Shown here piece by piece: positions 9,651 to 20,884 of a DNA stretch of 64,000 nt. Location: the NCBI GenBank assembly GCA_963675595.2, contig CAXXLZ010000002.1:4224001-4288000 (forward strand), read 5' to 3'. The position numbers were made by a program, and so were the translations under genes. This stretch comes from Thermodesulfobacteriota bacterium. Lineage in GTDB: Bacteria; Desulfobacterota; Desulfarculia; JACQYL01. Under the pieces are notes generated by a model. The model was not told the DNA's origin, did no database searches, and saw only the letters and a list, made by a program, of their open reading frames with translations. Position 1 is the stretch's first letter. Each line of letters starts with the position of its first letter.

Positions 9651-10823
9651 ATGGCCGGCGGCGCATTCGATGAAGTCTGGGAACTCCTTTCAGTATTCGA
9701 TATCCCGTACATCTATGACCGCTACGCTGTGGGAGTCGATTTCGTCCTCGCTTTTCTCTTCTTCCTGGGAGTCAGCCAGGTCACTCTCGGCAAGCGTTTC
9801 ACAGGCAAAGGCGGGAGCCTTCTCACTGTCGCCGTATCGCTTCTCTTGTCTGTAGGATTATCTGTTGCTGAATCACGGCTCAGTTTCAGCCTCGCTTCCT
9901 TCGGCCCGATCGCAATCTTCTTCCTTCTCTTCATCGTCGGCTTGGTGCTGTATCAACTCGCCCGGCATCTGGGTTTCCACGCATCGACTGCTTTGTCCCT
10001 CGTGTTCGTTATGACCTATTTCTCGATCCAGGCAGTGTCGCCGTCCATCATGGACTTCGTTCACCAAAGAGCGCCCTGGCTCAGGACCACGCTGTTCTGT
10101 GTCTTCGTGTTCGCTGCTGGAAAGCTCCTCTATTCGATCTTTCATACGATCTTTTCGAAAAGCTCAATCACGTCCCTCGCATCCAAGATTGAAGCAAACC
10201 CTGAATTCACCCGACAGATTGAGCGGGATGTCGAATTCGAGGAACATGAGAACAAATCCTCGAAGAAACAGGAAAAACTCTCCAAGAAAAGCCGGGGAGA
10301 TTCGGAAGATATTCTCCAACGCATAGTATCGGTCCTCAGGATTCTTGAAACAGAAGGAGTAACGCCTTTCGCGGGAAAGAAGATCGCGGACAAATTGGTC
10401 TCCATCGCGGATTCAGAACACCAAATCGAAAAGCGAATGAAACAGCTCGAGTCCGCCAACGCCGATCTCAAGCGAGTCGATGCCGACCATCTCACCCAAC
10501 TCAGAGACCGGATGAGCAGAGCCCAGGGCAAGGAAAAGGAAAGGCTTCAAAGGGAAATCGAACTGGAGAGCGAAAAACTCCGACTTCACCAAGCGGTCGA
10601 AACCCTCGGCCAACGGATTGACGCTTTGATGGAGGAGTTCAAGGCCTCTCTCCGATCAGCAGCCGAACTTATCGCGCGGTCAGCCTATCCTCTGGATTCC
10701 CGGCCATACTTGGAGCGGGCAATCCAGATCGATGAGGAGGTTCGGCGGGAGCTTGACGTGATTCAAGATTTTGAGGATAAGATAGGCAAATTCGCGCGCG
10801 AGGCGAAGAAAAGCGCCAAGTAA
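9651..10823 (+). CDS. Membrane protein: about 5 N-terminal TM helices plus a long C-terminal coiled coil
   Basis: 390-aa ORF with hydrophobic N-half and E/K/R-rich heptad C-half. Confidence 0.8.
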   Translation: MAGGAFDEVWELLSVFDIPYIYDRYAVGVDFVLAFLFFLGVSQVTLGKRFTGKGGSLLTVAVSLLLSVGLSVAESRLSFSLASFGPIAIFFLLFIVGLVLYQLARHLGFHASTALSLVFVMTYFSIQAVSPSIMDFVHQRAPWLRTTLFCVFVFAAGKLLYSIFHTIFSKSSITSLASKIEANPEFTRQIERDVEFEEHENKSSKKQEKLSKKSRGDSEDILQRIVSVLRILETEGVTPFAGKKIADKLVSIADSEHQIEKRMKQLESANADLKRVDADHLTQLRDRMSRAQGKEKERLQREIELESEKLRLHQAVETLGQRIDALMEEFKASLRSAAELIARSAYPLDSRPYLERAIQIDEEVRRELDVIQDFEDKIGKFAREAKKSAK

Positions 10824-11643
10824 GGGATGATTTGACCTTTAGGCAATCAGGATATCGAAAGGCATTCAACGTGTTCTTAAGCCATCATTGGAAGCATATA
10901 CCCATGAATAGACGGGATGTGTCTCTTTCGTGGTCAACCTAACCAATCTAAGCAAAATCATGCAAAAGAGTCATTTGCCTTCAAACTGCACCGTGTTAAA
11001 ATAATTTTCCGATTCAAGTATTCTCATGCCTTAGCCTTCGTTATCCCAAAAACCGCGCGATTCCCTGAATATGGTGCTCATGAAGGTAGATTCTCAGCCA
11101 AATGAAATCCCACAAATAGCCTTCTCGACGAGAACGGCTTTTCAATGGGTCCCGGATTTTAGGAGGGCAAAAGCCTTTGCATTCTAATGGGGCTTGAGAG
11201 CGTTGTCTCGGAACCCATTTGTCGACGAGAAACACCAGCTCCGAGCATTTTGTCTTGGGAGAAGAAGATGCAGTACGGTCTGCAATGGTGACGAATAGCA
11301 GACTATTTTGCTCGATTATAGGCAAGGCCGCCGATCGATGGCGCGCTTTCTGTGCAATATCGGGCCCTCCCCGCCCCTCGTAATTACCACATTTCCCGTG
11401 AAATAAATCTGTTCTTGAATCTGGCCCGCAAGCTATACATAATTTGCAATGCAGAGATTTTTACGACTGCCACACCTGATGAGCTCAAATGTAACATTCC
11501 TGAAAATGTCGAGATCAAATCGCTTTAGGGCAAGAGGGAAAAAGCCTAACTCGGGAAGATTCCGTTTCATAGTGTCCGCATTGCGCACCGAATGGGTTAA
11601 TTCCCACTTTGACCATTAAGGGAGAAGGATATTGACAACATCC

Positions 11644-12489
11644 ATGACAAAAATTGCGGGAAACAAAGGCTCCGGCCCCCCTGGAATCGTCAAAATCCCG
11701 GCCGGCATCCGGGGACTGGATGAGGTCCTCAACGGGGGTGTTCCCAAAGGCGCAACGACGCTTCTCAGCGGCGGGCCGGGAACGGGCAAAACCATGTTAG
11801 GGCTTGAATTCCTTGTCCGGGGGGCCATGGCCGGGCATCCCGGAATCCTGTTGACCTTCGAGGAAACTGAGCTTGCTTTGAAAAACTATGCCGCCGGGTT
11901 TGGGTGGGATCTCGCCGAATTCGAATCCAAAGGGTTTCTGTCCATTGTATCGGCCCGCATCCAACCGGACGCCGTGCTTTCCGGCAATTTCGACCTGCGC
12001 GGCGTCATCGGTATCCTGCGGCAAAAGGCCGATTCCATAAAGGCCGAACGGGTGGTTGTCGATGCCCCGGACGTGTTCCTTCGCCTTCTGGGTGACATCT
12101 CCAAAGAGCGGGCAGAATTGCATCTCTTGCACGAATGGCTGCGGGAGGCCGGGATGACGGCCCTGATGACGGTCAAAAGCCGAACGGACCAAGCCTCGTC
12201 CTCGCAATACGATTTCCTCGATTACATGGCTGATTGCGTGATTCACTTGGACCAGCGGGTTTTGGAACAGGTCACCACACGACGTCTGCGGGTGACCAAG
12301 AACCCCGGCTCCGCGTACGGTCGTAATGAGTATCCGTTCGGCATCACGGACAAAGGAATCTGGATCATTCCCGTAACCCAGGCCGGCCTCGGCGAATGCC
12401 TCTCCAGCGGCGTGGATCAACTGGACGACATTCTGGGCGGATGTTACCGGCGCAACTCCTGTACATTTCCCCGCATTCACCCTGTATGA
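11644..12489 (+). pseudogene. kaiC: KaiC-like ATPase, truncated after the first RecA domain
   Basis: GIRGLDEVLNGGVP, GGPGTGKT, YMADCVIHL, RRLRVTK, NEYPFGI; the second domain breaks off after SSGVDQLDDILGG. Confidence 0.8.
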
Positions 12490-12501
12490 ACCGGCGGCCC
12501 T

Positions 12502-15500
12502 TCAGGATGTCAACGAGTCGAGTTTCGTCGAAGTTACATCCATGATGATTCCGATGACCTTGAGCACTCGTTCGTTTTCCGACACGGCTTCGGCTCGTGT
12601 GCGAACACGTTTGGTTCGGCCCGAGAAATCCACGAAATCGCATTCAAGGTCATAAGGTTCGCCGATTTCACAGCATGCCTCAAACGCCTTTTGGACCCGT
12701 TCACGATCCCCGGGAACGTAACAATCCAGACTGTGTTCGATATGCTCCTTGGAACCCGGTTGAATCGCGTGGGGGTCCAGCCCGTGAATACGATAGACTT
12801 CGTCGGACCAGTACATGGTGCTCGTTCCAATGGTCCATTCCCAGCCTCCGATGCGGGCCAGTCGCTGCGCCGTATTGAGAAGTTCGGTGATTCGGCGAAG
12901 GCTGGTTTCCGTTTGCTTACGTTGAGTGACGTCGATCGCCAATTCGAAACGGACAAGCCGGCCATCGGGCCATTGAATAGCGCGATCCGTGATATCGTAA
13001 TCAGCACGGGTGACCGGATTGTGAAACTCCCACCGGTAAGGCCGTAGGGAATCCTTTCGAATAATCTCGTTTGTACAGAACTCACAGGGCGAAAGTCTTT
13101 TCTGCAACGCCTTGAAACAAACTGCGCCGACGATATCCTTACCGAAAGCATTTTTGGCCGCCTTATTGGCGAAAAGTACCTCATAATTGTTCATGTCGGA
13201 GACGTAAATGATTTCGTCGATGCTGTCGAAAATCGACAGGAGTTGAGCACGCTCCAATCTCAGGCTTTCTTCGAATCGCTTGAGAGGTCCGACATCCGTA
13301 AAGGTGATGACCACGCCGGAAGATTCGCTCTCGCCGATTCGATAAGGCAGTACCCGCATCAGAAGCCAGTGGCCCGAATCCGTCCGGCATTCCGTTTCAA
13401 GGGCCTTACCCGTATCGATGACCTGGCGCGCGGCAACCACCGGGTCGATGTCGATCAATGTGTGAGACAGATGGGACAAGGGGCGATTGAGATCACTTTC
13501 CTTGATGCGGTAGACGTTGCGCAACTCCGGAGTGAACCGGCGTATATCGAGGTTTTCGTCCAAGAATAAGGTCGCGATGCGTGTAGTGGACATCAAGTTG
13601 TCCAAATCATTGGTGGTTTCCGTAAGTTCAATGATTTTGGATTGATACTCCGCGTTGACCGTGTGCAATTCTTCATTGACGGACTGTAATTCTTCGTTGG
13701 TGCTTTGAAGCTCTTCATTGCCGGCGAGCAGTTCTTCGTTGGTGGCCTGCAGCTCCTCATTGGAGGTTTCCAGTTCCTCGATCGTGGCCTGCAAATTCTC
13801 TTTGGTGAATTGCAGATCTTGCTCCAGGTCGTAGATGCGCTGCTCGGCTTCCTTGCTGAGATCGAATTCGTTCACCGACGCGGACGGGGTCACCTTTTGG
13901 TGGGGCGTCCCATCCTGAAGAAGGATCATCGCATTGCGTTCTTGTCCCTTTCTGTGAGGAAGCAGGCGAATACGTATTTCCACAATTCGGCCGCCCTCGG
14001 AGCTTTCCAGGCGGACGTTCTTGTATCGAACCTCGCCGCCTCCGTGGAAGGCCTTTTGAAGCCCCGTGGACAGAGGAATGGCCAATTCCTTGGACACAAC
14101 GCGCGTGATCTCGTTCTGCACGCGACCCGGCGGGAAACGGAGCAAACCGTCGGTGTTTCCCACAACATGCAACAATTCCAGCCGCTCGTTCACCACCGCC
14201 GCAAATATGTTGAAATCGTCGGCCAGCATCTGCAGCAAATTCTCTTGGAGACGTTCCTCCTCACGTTCGCCGAGAATGCGAGCTCCGGGCTGTAATCGAG
14301 AATACGCGGCAGGAGCCACCGACGTTCTGAACGCCGGAACCCGCACCGCGTCGGTCAAAGGACGCCTACGCCCCCTTGCTCTGTATATCTTGAACTTGTG
14401 ATGCAGGGGCTCGAACAATTCGCCCTGATCGCCCGGGGTTTCGCTTGTTCCCAACAAGAGTAGACCGCCTGGGTGCAGTGAAAAATTGAGGTAATCGATG
14501 ATCTTTTTTTGAAGCACGGGCTGAAGGTAGATAAGGAGATTGCGGCAGCTTATCAGGTCGATGCTGGTGAAAGGCGGGTCTTTGATGAGATTGTGCTGGG
14601 CGAACACCACCATTTCTCTTATGGAACGATGAATTTGATAGCCGTCGTCCCGGTGAACGAAATATTTGGTCAACAGGCCGCTGGGGAGGTCTGCCGTTAT
14701 GCTCTCGGGATAGAACCCGTTTCCCGCGCTCATTACCGCGTTTCGATCCAAATCCGTGGCGAATATTTTGATATTGGGAGGATTCTTCATTCGGTCCTGA
14801 CATTCTCGGGCCAGGATGGCAAATGTGTATGCCTCTTCTCCCGTTGAACAACCGGGCACCCAAAAACGGGCTTCCGCGTGGTTCAGCTCATTCAGAAGAG
14901 CGGGCAGGTAAGTCTTTCCCAGAACCTCGAAGACCTCACGATCTCTGAAAAAACTGGTGACGCCGATTAGGAGCTCTCGATAGAGGGTTGTCAATTCCTC
15001 CGGCCGTGCTTCCAACATGCGTACGTATTCGCGAAGGTCCTTGGCTTGGTTCACCGTGATCCTTCGTTCGATGCGGCGTAATACGGTGCTCGATTTATAA
15101 AAGGTGAAATCGACCTTTGTCTGTTCCCTCAACAGGGCGAATATCCTTGTCAAGCCGTCTTCGTCGGAAAGGAGCGCCTTGGGCCGGTCGGCGGGTGCGC
15201 CGGTTCTGCGGACGGCGAAAGATACCAGTCGGCCGGGCATTTCTTCGGGAGGCAGCACGATATCGGCAAGCCCTGTAGATATGGCGGCCCTGGGCATGCC
15301 GTCGAACTTGGCGGAGGCCTCGCTTTGCACCGTCACCATGCCGCCTGCTTCCTTCACGGCGCGTACTCCGCGCACGCCGTCGCTTCCGGTGCCCGATAGA
15401 ATGACCGCGATGGCCTTGTCCCCCTGGTCCTCGGCCAAGGACATGAGAAATACGTCGATGGGCAGGTTGATTCCTTGATTGGGATCGAAATCCCTCAAGA

Positions 15501-15831
15501 GCAGCTTGCCGTGGAAGACGCTGAGTTGCTTGCGGGGGGGGATGAGATAAACGCTGTTAGGCTCGACGCGGAGGCCTTCCTCGGCCCGCAGTACGGGCAT
15601 GGTCGTACGTTTGGAAAGCAGCTCCACCATCAGACTTTTGTAATCCGGAGATAGATGTTGGATGACTACGAAAGCCATACCGGAGTCCGGAGGCATATGC
15701 GAGAAGAAAACGTCCAACGCTTCGAGACCTCCGGCTGACGCGCCGATTCCTACATAGTAGAGGGGATCGGTGGGCGATGCCGTGGTTTGAGTCTGCTGGC
15801 CTTCCGATTCAGGAAATTGCGGTTCGCGCAT
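12502..15831 (-). CDS. CheB/CheR fusion protein with PAS domains
   Basis: CheB motifs GIGASAGG, IQHLSPD, LSGTGSDG; CheR motifs GVTSFFRD, GCSTGEEAY, CRNLLIY; EELQSTNEEL coiled coil; C-terminal PAS domains. Confidence 0.95.
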   Translation of the reverse strand: MREPQFPESEGQQTQTTASPTDPLYYVGIGASAGGLEALDVFFSHMPPDSGMAFVVIQHLSPDYKSLMVELLSKRTTMPVLRAEEGLRVEPNSVYLIPPRKQLSVFHGKLLLRDFDPNQGINLPIDVFLMSLAEDQGDKAIAVILSGTGSDGVRGVRAVKEAGGMVTVQSEASAKFDGMPRAAISTGLADIVLPPEEMPGRLVSFAVRRTGAPADRPKALLSDEDGLTRIFALLREQTKVDFTFYKSSTVLRRIERRITVNQAKDLREYVRMLEARPEELTTLYRELLIGVTSFFRDREVFEVLGKTYLPALLNELNHAEARFWVPGCSTGEEAYTFAILARECQDRMKNPPNIKIFATDLDRNAVMSAGNGFYPESITADLPSGLLTKYFVHRDDGYQIHRSIREMVVFAQHNLIKDPPFTSIDLISCRNLLIYLQPVLQKKIIDYLNFSLHPGGLLLLGTSETPGDQGELFEPLHHKFKIYRARGRRRPLTDAVRVPAFRTSVAPAAYSRLQPGARILGEREEERLQENLLQMLADDFNIFAAVVNERLELLHVVGNTDGLLRFPPGRVQNEITRVVSKELAIPLSTGLQKAFHGGGEVRYKNVRLESSEGGRIVEIRIRLLPHRKGQERNAMILLQDGTPHQKVTPSASVNEFDLSKEAEQRIYDLEQDLQFTKENLQATIEELETSNEELQATNEELLAGNEELQSTNEELQSVNEELHTVNAEYQSKIIELTETTNDLDNLMSTTRIATLFLDENLDIRRFTPELRNVYRIKESDLNRPLSHLSHTLIDIDPVVAARQVIDTGKALETECRTDSGHWLLMRVLPYRIGESESSGVVITFTDVGPLKRFEESLRLERAQLLSIFDSIDEIIYVSDMNNYEVLFANKAAKNAFGKDIVGAVCFKALQKRLSPCEFCTNEIIRKDSLRPYRWEFHNPVTRADYDITDRAIQWPDGRLVRFELAIDVTQRKQTETSLRRITELLNTAQRLARIGGWEWTIGTSTMYWSDEVYRIHGLDPHAIQPGSKEHIEHSLDCYVPGDRERVQKAFEACCEIGEPYDLECDFVDFSGRTKRVRTRAEAVSENERVLKVIGIIMDVTSTKLDSLTS

Positions 15832-17117
15832 GGGTCAGCACCTTTTGTGCAGGGGCTTAGGAGGGGGGAACAGTAAATAAATGTCGACGGTCTCCGCATA
15901 AGGATATCAAACAACGGTCTTGACCAGTTAATAATTTATCACGAGCTTATTGTCAGGGTCTACCTGTCGATAGACGAAGCGGTATCAGCCATCCGGCCCC
16001 TCCGGTCCGCCGATTACGACCACGAATCCAAGGCGGGCTCCAGAGAAATCTTCAACCTCCTGGGTGAAATCCTGCAGAGGTTCGCTCATCGCATGCCCTT
16101 ACTTCAAGATACCTCCTTTCTTCGCTCCAATTCATCGCAGGTATTCTGTTGGGCATTCCGTTTCGCCTTTTTGTTCCAATTCGACGGGCAGTTGAAAAAG
16201 GGCGGTGGACGGCTCCTGGATCACTCCACAGGAGCCCCTCACCCAATTCCCCTCGGGAGAATCCGATCCCAGCATTCTCGATGCCTCACCGACGGCGCAC
16301 CTCGGACCCGCAGGCATGGCGAAGGAAACACCACGGTCGCGCCGTGTGACAAAGAGACGCAGGGTGATGCGGAGGTAACGCGGAAGATCGCTCTCCCGAG
16401 GATTCTCGAGCCCCCGTCTCATCCATGGCTTTTGGGGAAGAGGTACGGGTAAGGACCCTGAAGGCTTCTTTTGCGAAGAACGGCACCCCGGCCGGGTGTC
16501 CAACAGAAAAGACATGTCCAGATTTCCGGACAGCACATTTTAAGGATTTAAAATCAGTATGTTGAACCCTCGGTAGGGTTCCGACGTATGGGAAAGCGGA
16601 CGCTTTTCGATCCATTGACCACAAATGGATCGGCGCTGTCGATGCCATAAATTTCGTCCATGACAGCAACTTGTAAGGACATACGTGCGCACATAACAGG
16701 TATGCCCAAAAGCCGACTTTTTGCCAGCCTGGTCGCAGCATACTTAGGGCAAGCGATTGTTGGCTGTTACCTTCTCCCATCGTGTAACATTCAGCAGAAT
16801 TCGGATTCTCGGGCCAAAAAGCAACATTTCTCCATATCCAATCGGGGAAGTTGTTCCGGCATTTACCCGGCGGCGAACCACTCGAAAAATATTGGGTGAA
16901 GGCCCGGACCTCGGCTCGATGCTTCTCCACCTTCTGGTTTGGTTCTTGCAATACACCGGACCATGGGAACCTCGACCCCAGTAGTTCTCAAAGAAGATTC
17001 ACTAAACAAGCCCTCTAGTGGGCAGTTACTTCAAGAATGATCCTATCATTACGCCAAACTAACAGTAACCCGAAATAATATTTTCAATGCTTAACAATAG
17101 TCAGGGAGAGCAACGCG

Positions 17118-19112
17118 ATGAAGAACATGAAACTGGCAATGAAGATCGTAATAGGTTTCGGCTTTCTGATTTTGGTCTCCTGCGTTTTGGGAGGTCTGGC
17201 CGTCTACAACATGAAGACCGTCGAACGAGATTCAGTTCGACTGGCCGAAGAGTATGTCCCCGAGGTGGCCATCGCCAATGAGGTGGAACGGGCTTCTCTC
17301 TTGACCATGTTCGAAATTCGCGGTTACGGGCTGACCGGTGAACAAGAGTACCTGGAACGAGGTCGGAAGCACCTGGCAAACGTGAATACCCACATCAAGA
17401 CCGCCTTGAGTCACGCCGCAAAGTATGAAGACCTCGTTAAACTGAAGGAGAACGCCGCCAATGCCGAGACGCAGGTTCGCGCCTACAGCGAGCTGCTGGA
17501 ACAGGCGGAAAATACGTACCTAGTATTGGACGAAGCTCGAAGTACCATGGACCGGTCCGCGGGCGCCTACATGGAAAACTGCGCCCAATTCCTGGAAGAT
17601 CAAAACAAGTCGCTGGAGGCGGAACTGGCCTCCGGAGTCGATGAAGCCAAGATCAAGGAACGTGTGGCCAAGATCAACCTGATGAACGACGTGATCGACC
17701 TGGGAAATGCGGTACGGGTGGACAATTGGAAAGCACAGGCAACCCGCGATCCGAAGGTCATCCAGGGTACCATGGCCAACTTTTCTCTCATGGAACGCAA
17801 GATGGGGGAAATCAAGGCCATCACGCGCCGAGATTTGAATTTGCAGCAGATATCACGGATTGAGACGGCGGCAAGGGAATATAAGAGAGCAATGAGTCAG
17901 TTCTTGGACAGCTGGCTTTCCTTGCAGGAAATCAATGACAAGCGCAGGCTGACGGCCGAGGAAGTGCTGGCTGCAGCCCAAACCACGGCCAAGACCGGAA
18001 TGGAACACACCGGCATTATTGCCGAGGAGGCGGCCACCGGCCTTTCCCGATCATCCGCCACCATGATCGTGGGACTTCTGATCGCCGTGATCGTCGGCGT
18101 CCTTGCCGCGATTTTCATTACGCGCAGCATCACCAAGCCCATCAACAGAATCATCGAAGGACTCACCGAGGCCTCGGACCAGGTGGCCTCCGCTTCGGGA
18201 CAGGTGTCTTCCGCCAGTCAATCCTTGGCCGAAGGCGCTTCGGAGCAGGCGGCCTCCATTGAGGAGACTTCTTCTTCCTTGGAAGAGATGTCTTCCATGA
18301 CCAAGCGAAACGCGGACAACGCGGACGAGGCGAAAAGCAAGATGACCGAGGCCGGAGAAGTCGTGAGCAGAGTCGGGAAACACATGGATGATATGGCCAA
18401 AGCCATAGATGAGATTACCAAATCCAGCGAGGAGACGGGAAAGATCATTAAGACCATCGACGAAATCGCGTTTCAAACCAACCTGTTGGCGTTGAATGCG
18501 GCGGTGGAGGCTGCGAGAGCGGGTGAAGCCGGGGCGGGTTTCGCGGTGGTGGCGGATGAAGTCAGGAATCTCGCCATGCGCGCGGCTGACGCCGCCAAGA
18601 ACACCTCGGAGCTCATCGAAAACACCATCAAGTCGGTGCAGATGGGAGCCGAGATTACGACAGCCACTCAGAAGGCTTTCCAGGAGAACATGGAAATATC
18701 CGTCAAGGTAGGCGAAGTGGTGGATGAGATTGCGGCCGCCTCGAGAGAGCAGGCCCAAGGGATCGAGCAGGTGAACCTGGCGGTTACGGACATGGACAAG
18801 GTCACTCAGCAAAACGCGGCCAATGCCGAGGAATCAGCCAGCGCAGCCGAAGAGATGAATGCGCAGGCCGAGCAAATGAATTCATTTGTAGCCGATCTGG
18901 TCCGTCTGGTCGGTGGTTCAGGCAAAAACGGAAAACACCGGGGTATGGCAGTCAAGAAATTGATCCAAAGGAAATCGACCACGAAAAAAGCCCTCACCGT
19001 ACGGTCCGCCCGAAAGGGTGAGCCTATGTCTTCGGCTTACCGGAAAGCCGCCGAAGTGAGGCCGGAAGACGTAATCCCTCTAGATGACGAGAAGAACTTT
19101 GACTCATTTTAG
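17118..19112 (+). CDS. Methyl-accepting chemotaxis protein
   Basis: Two TM helices and the signalling hairpin [34 protein letters not shown]. Confidence 0.96.
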   Translation: MKNMKLAMKIVIGFGFLILVSCVLGGLAVYNMKTVERDSVRLAEEYVPEVAIANEVERASLLTMFEIRGYGLTGEQEYLERGRKHLANVNTHIKTALSHAAKYEDLVKLKENAANAETQVRAYSELLEQAENTYLVLDEARSTMDRSAGAYMENCAQFLEDQNKSLEAELASGVDEAKIKERVAKINLMNDVIDLGNAVRVDNWKAQATRDPKVIQGTMANFSLMERKMGEIKAITRRDLNLQQISRIETAAREYKRAMSQFLDSWLSLQEINDKRRLTAEEVLAAAQTTAKTGMEHTGIIAEEAATGLSRSSATMIVGLLIAVIVGVLAAIFITRSITKPINRIIEGLTEASDQVASASGQVSSASQSLAEGASEQAASIEETSSSLEEMSSMTKRNADNADEAKSKMTEAGEVVSRVGKHMDDMAKAIDEITKSSEETGKIIKTIDEIAFQTNLLALNAAVEAARAGEAGAGFAVVADEVRNLAMRAADAAKNTSELIENTIKSVQMGAEITTATQKAFQENMEISVKVGEVVDEIAAASREQAQGIEQVNLAVTDMDKVTQQNAANAEESASAAEEMNAQAEQMNSFVADLVRLVGGSGKNGKHRGMAVKKLIQRKSTTKKALTVRSARKGEPMSSAYRKAAEVRPEDVIPLDDEKNFDSF

Positions 19113-19478
19113 CAGGCCGAAATTCCACGGGCGGATTGGGCGTGAATGAAATGCACAAGGGGCGTTCGGGATAAGCCCCGGATACAGGCGCTTATCCCGG
19201 GCGTCACATCCTCATGGGAGTTCCGGAAAGCGGAATCGTTGTTCGTCACGGCATGCCGGAAACGCTATGGACCAAATGGGTTCCGTCTCGGCAGAACAGA
19301 AAATTGGAGGACCGCCAGCCTATCGCGGCGACAATCCTATTCGTGGGACCCGAATGATTCCACTCGGATCTTTTGAGAACAAAACATCTGTCAAGGGAGC
19401 AGCAAACCCGAAGGCACCAGCGTTTGGCATCGTCAAAGGAAAGCATCGCCGAGTCCAACGGATCAAGGACGGAGCCTC

Positions 19479-19940
19479 ATGAATAATCCGCTCAGGAAAA
19501 GCCGGGAGGCCGGGCATGAGTACCTGCAGGGAACACAGGCTCCCATTCAATGCGGCAACCAGGCCATCCTCATCGTCGAAGACGAAACCTCGGTGCTTTT
19601 TGTGACCCGAAAGATACTCGAAAGGCTGGGGTATCGAGTCCTGGCGTGCAGTAGCCCCGTTGAGGCCATACGAGTGGCCGTGGGGCATGCCGGCGGAATC
19701 GATCTGCTGATGACCGATGTGATCATGCCTGAAATGAACGGCCGGGAACTGGCCGATCGGATCCTCTCCATTCGGCCCGGGATCAGGGTTTTATTCGCCT
19801 CTGGCTACACCGCCGATGAACTTCAAAGCCAAGGAGTATTGGATGAGGCTTACAGTTTTATCGAGAAGCCTTTCTCCCTAAAAACGCTTTCGGCCACGCT
19901 TCGGGCAATCTTATGCTCCTCACACGACAACGACATTTAG
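19479..19940 (+). CDS. Stand-alone receiver domain (resembles a hybrid-kinase C-terminus)
   Basis: ILIVEDE, LLMTDVIMPEMNGRELA, SGY, FIEKPF; similar to the C-terminus of 26673-31175. Confidence 0.85.
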   Translation: MNNPLRKSREAGHEYLQGTQAPIQCGNQAILIVEDETSVLFVTRKILERLGYRVLACSSPVEAIRVAVGHAGGIDLLMTDVIMPEMNGRELADRILSIRPGIRVLFASGYTADELQSQGVLDEAYSFIEKPFSLKTLSATLRAILCSSHDNDI

Positions 19941-20239
19941 GAGAATATGAATCAACTCAGCAGCCGGACGGAACGAAGAAAAGCCTTTGTCCGAATTGAG
20001 GCATGCCGAGAAAGGTTTTCAAATAGTATTCATAATGGACGACAATTCTTTTGAAATTGTGAAGCCAGGCAAAGAGCCTCTCCACTTTTCAGTGCCGTCT
20101 GTAGGGCCTGTGAGGCCGCTCGTCTCAAGTTCTGTTTTTTTCCACCTCCCTCGTGAGGGGCGATCATTTCCGTGACGCAATAGCAAATTGGAAACCGATC
20201 GAAGGGTCACTGTCGTGACCACTATCGCCGATCATGGCC

Positions 20240-20665
20240 GCCTTCATTGAAGCGATCCTTGGCATCCGGTTCCGGCACGCGTCGCCGCAGGTCTCGAATG
20301 ACATGGTCCAGATAGGTCCTGAGCTTTCGAGTACAGTGCTTGGCCAGCTTCATCCACCGGGCATGGTCGTAACGACCTTGCTGAATCACCAGCTGTTTGG
20401 AAATCCGGTTGTCGTTCCGTCGCAAAGGAATTCCCCGTTTTTTGCTCCGGCGACCAGTTGTTCACGGGCTCGGTCTTACAACCGGGCATCAGAGGGAAAT
20501 CGGTTCTCCTTTTCCCGAACCGTGGTGTCCACGTTGACGCGATCGAACTGCTGCTGACGGACGGCCTTGACCTCGAGAACCGCTTCGGTGGTTTCTTTTA
20601 GAAGCTCCTCGGCACCGGCGTCTCCGATGCGCTTACGCCATCGGGTAATGCTCGAAGGATGGATG
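20240..20665 (-). pseudogene. IS5-family transposase remnant
   Basis: PSSITRWRKRIG...RVNVDTTVREK...PSDARL, then a stop and frameshift, then GRYDHAR...RKLRTYL...RDLRR. Confidence 0.8.
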
Positions 20666-20884
20666 GCAAACAACTTCAAAACCTGCAAATTCGATAGGAT
20701 AATTAGCTGGCTTACTACATATAATATTAATAAGATAGGCATGTTAGCTGTTTTTTTATTAGAGCCTTTTGGAGCTTATGATGAAAAACAATCTCTAAGA
20801 TTGTGTACAGGGCAAAGGATTTTCTTTACTTTTCCATAATCGGAATCACCGAGCTTTGGAAGTGCTTTTTAGACCTTCCTGCTT

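Noticed and set aside
15840-17080. ORFs or a riboswitch between cheBR and the MCP
   Set aside because: ORFs lack motifs, and no convincing c-di-GMP riboswitch consensus was found.
19987-20222. Possible further IS remnant
   Set aside because: Only vague resemblance to IS-derived sequence; no catalytic motif or terminal repeat identifiable.
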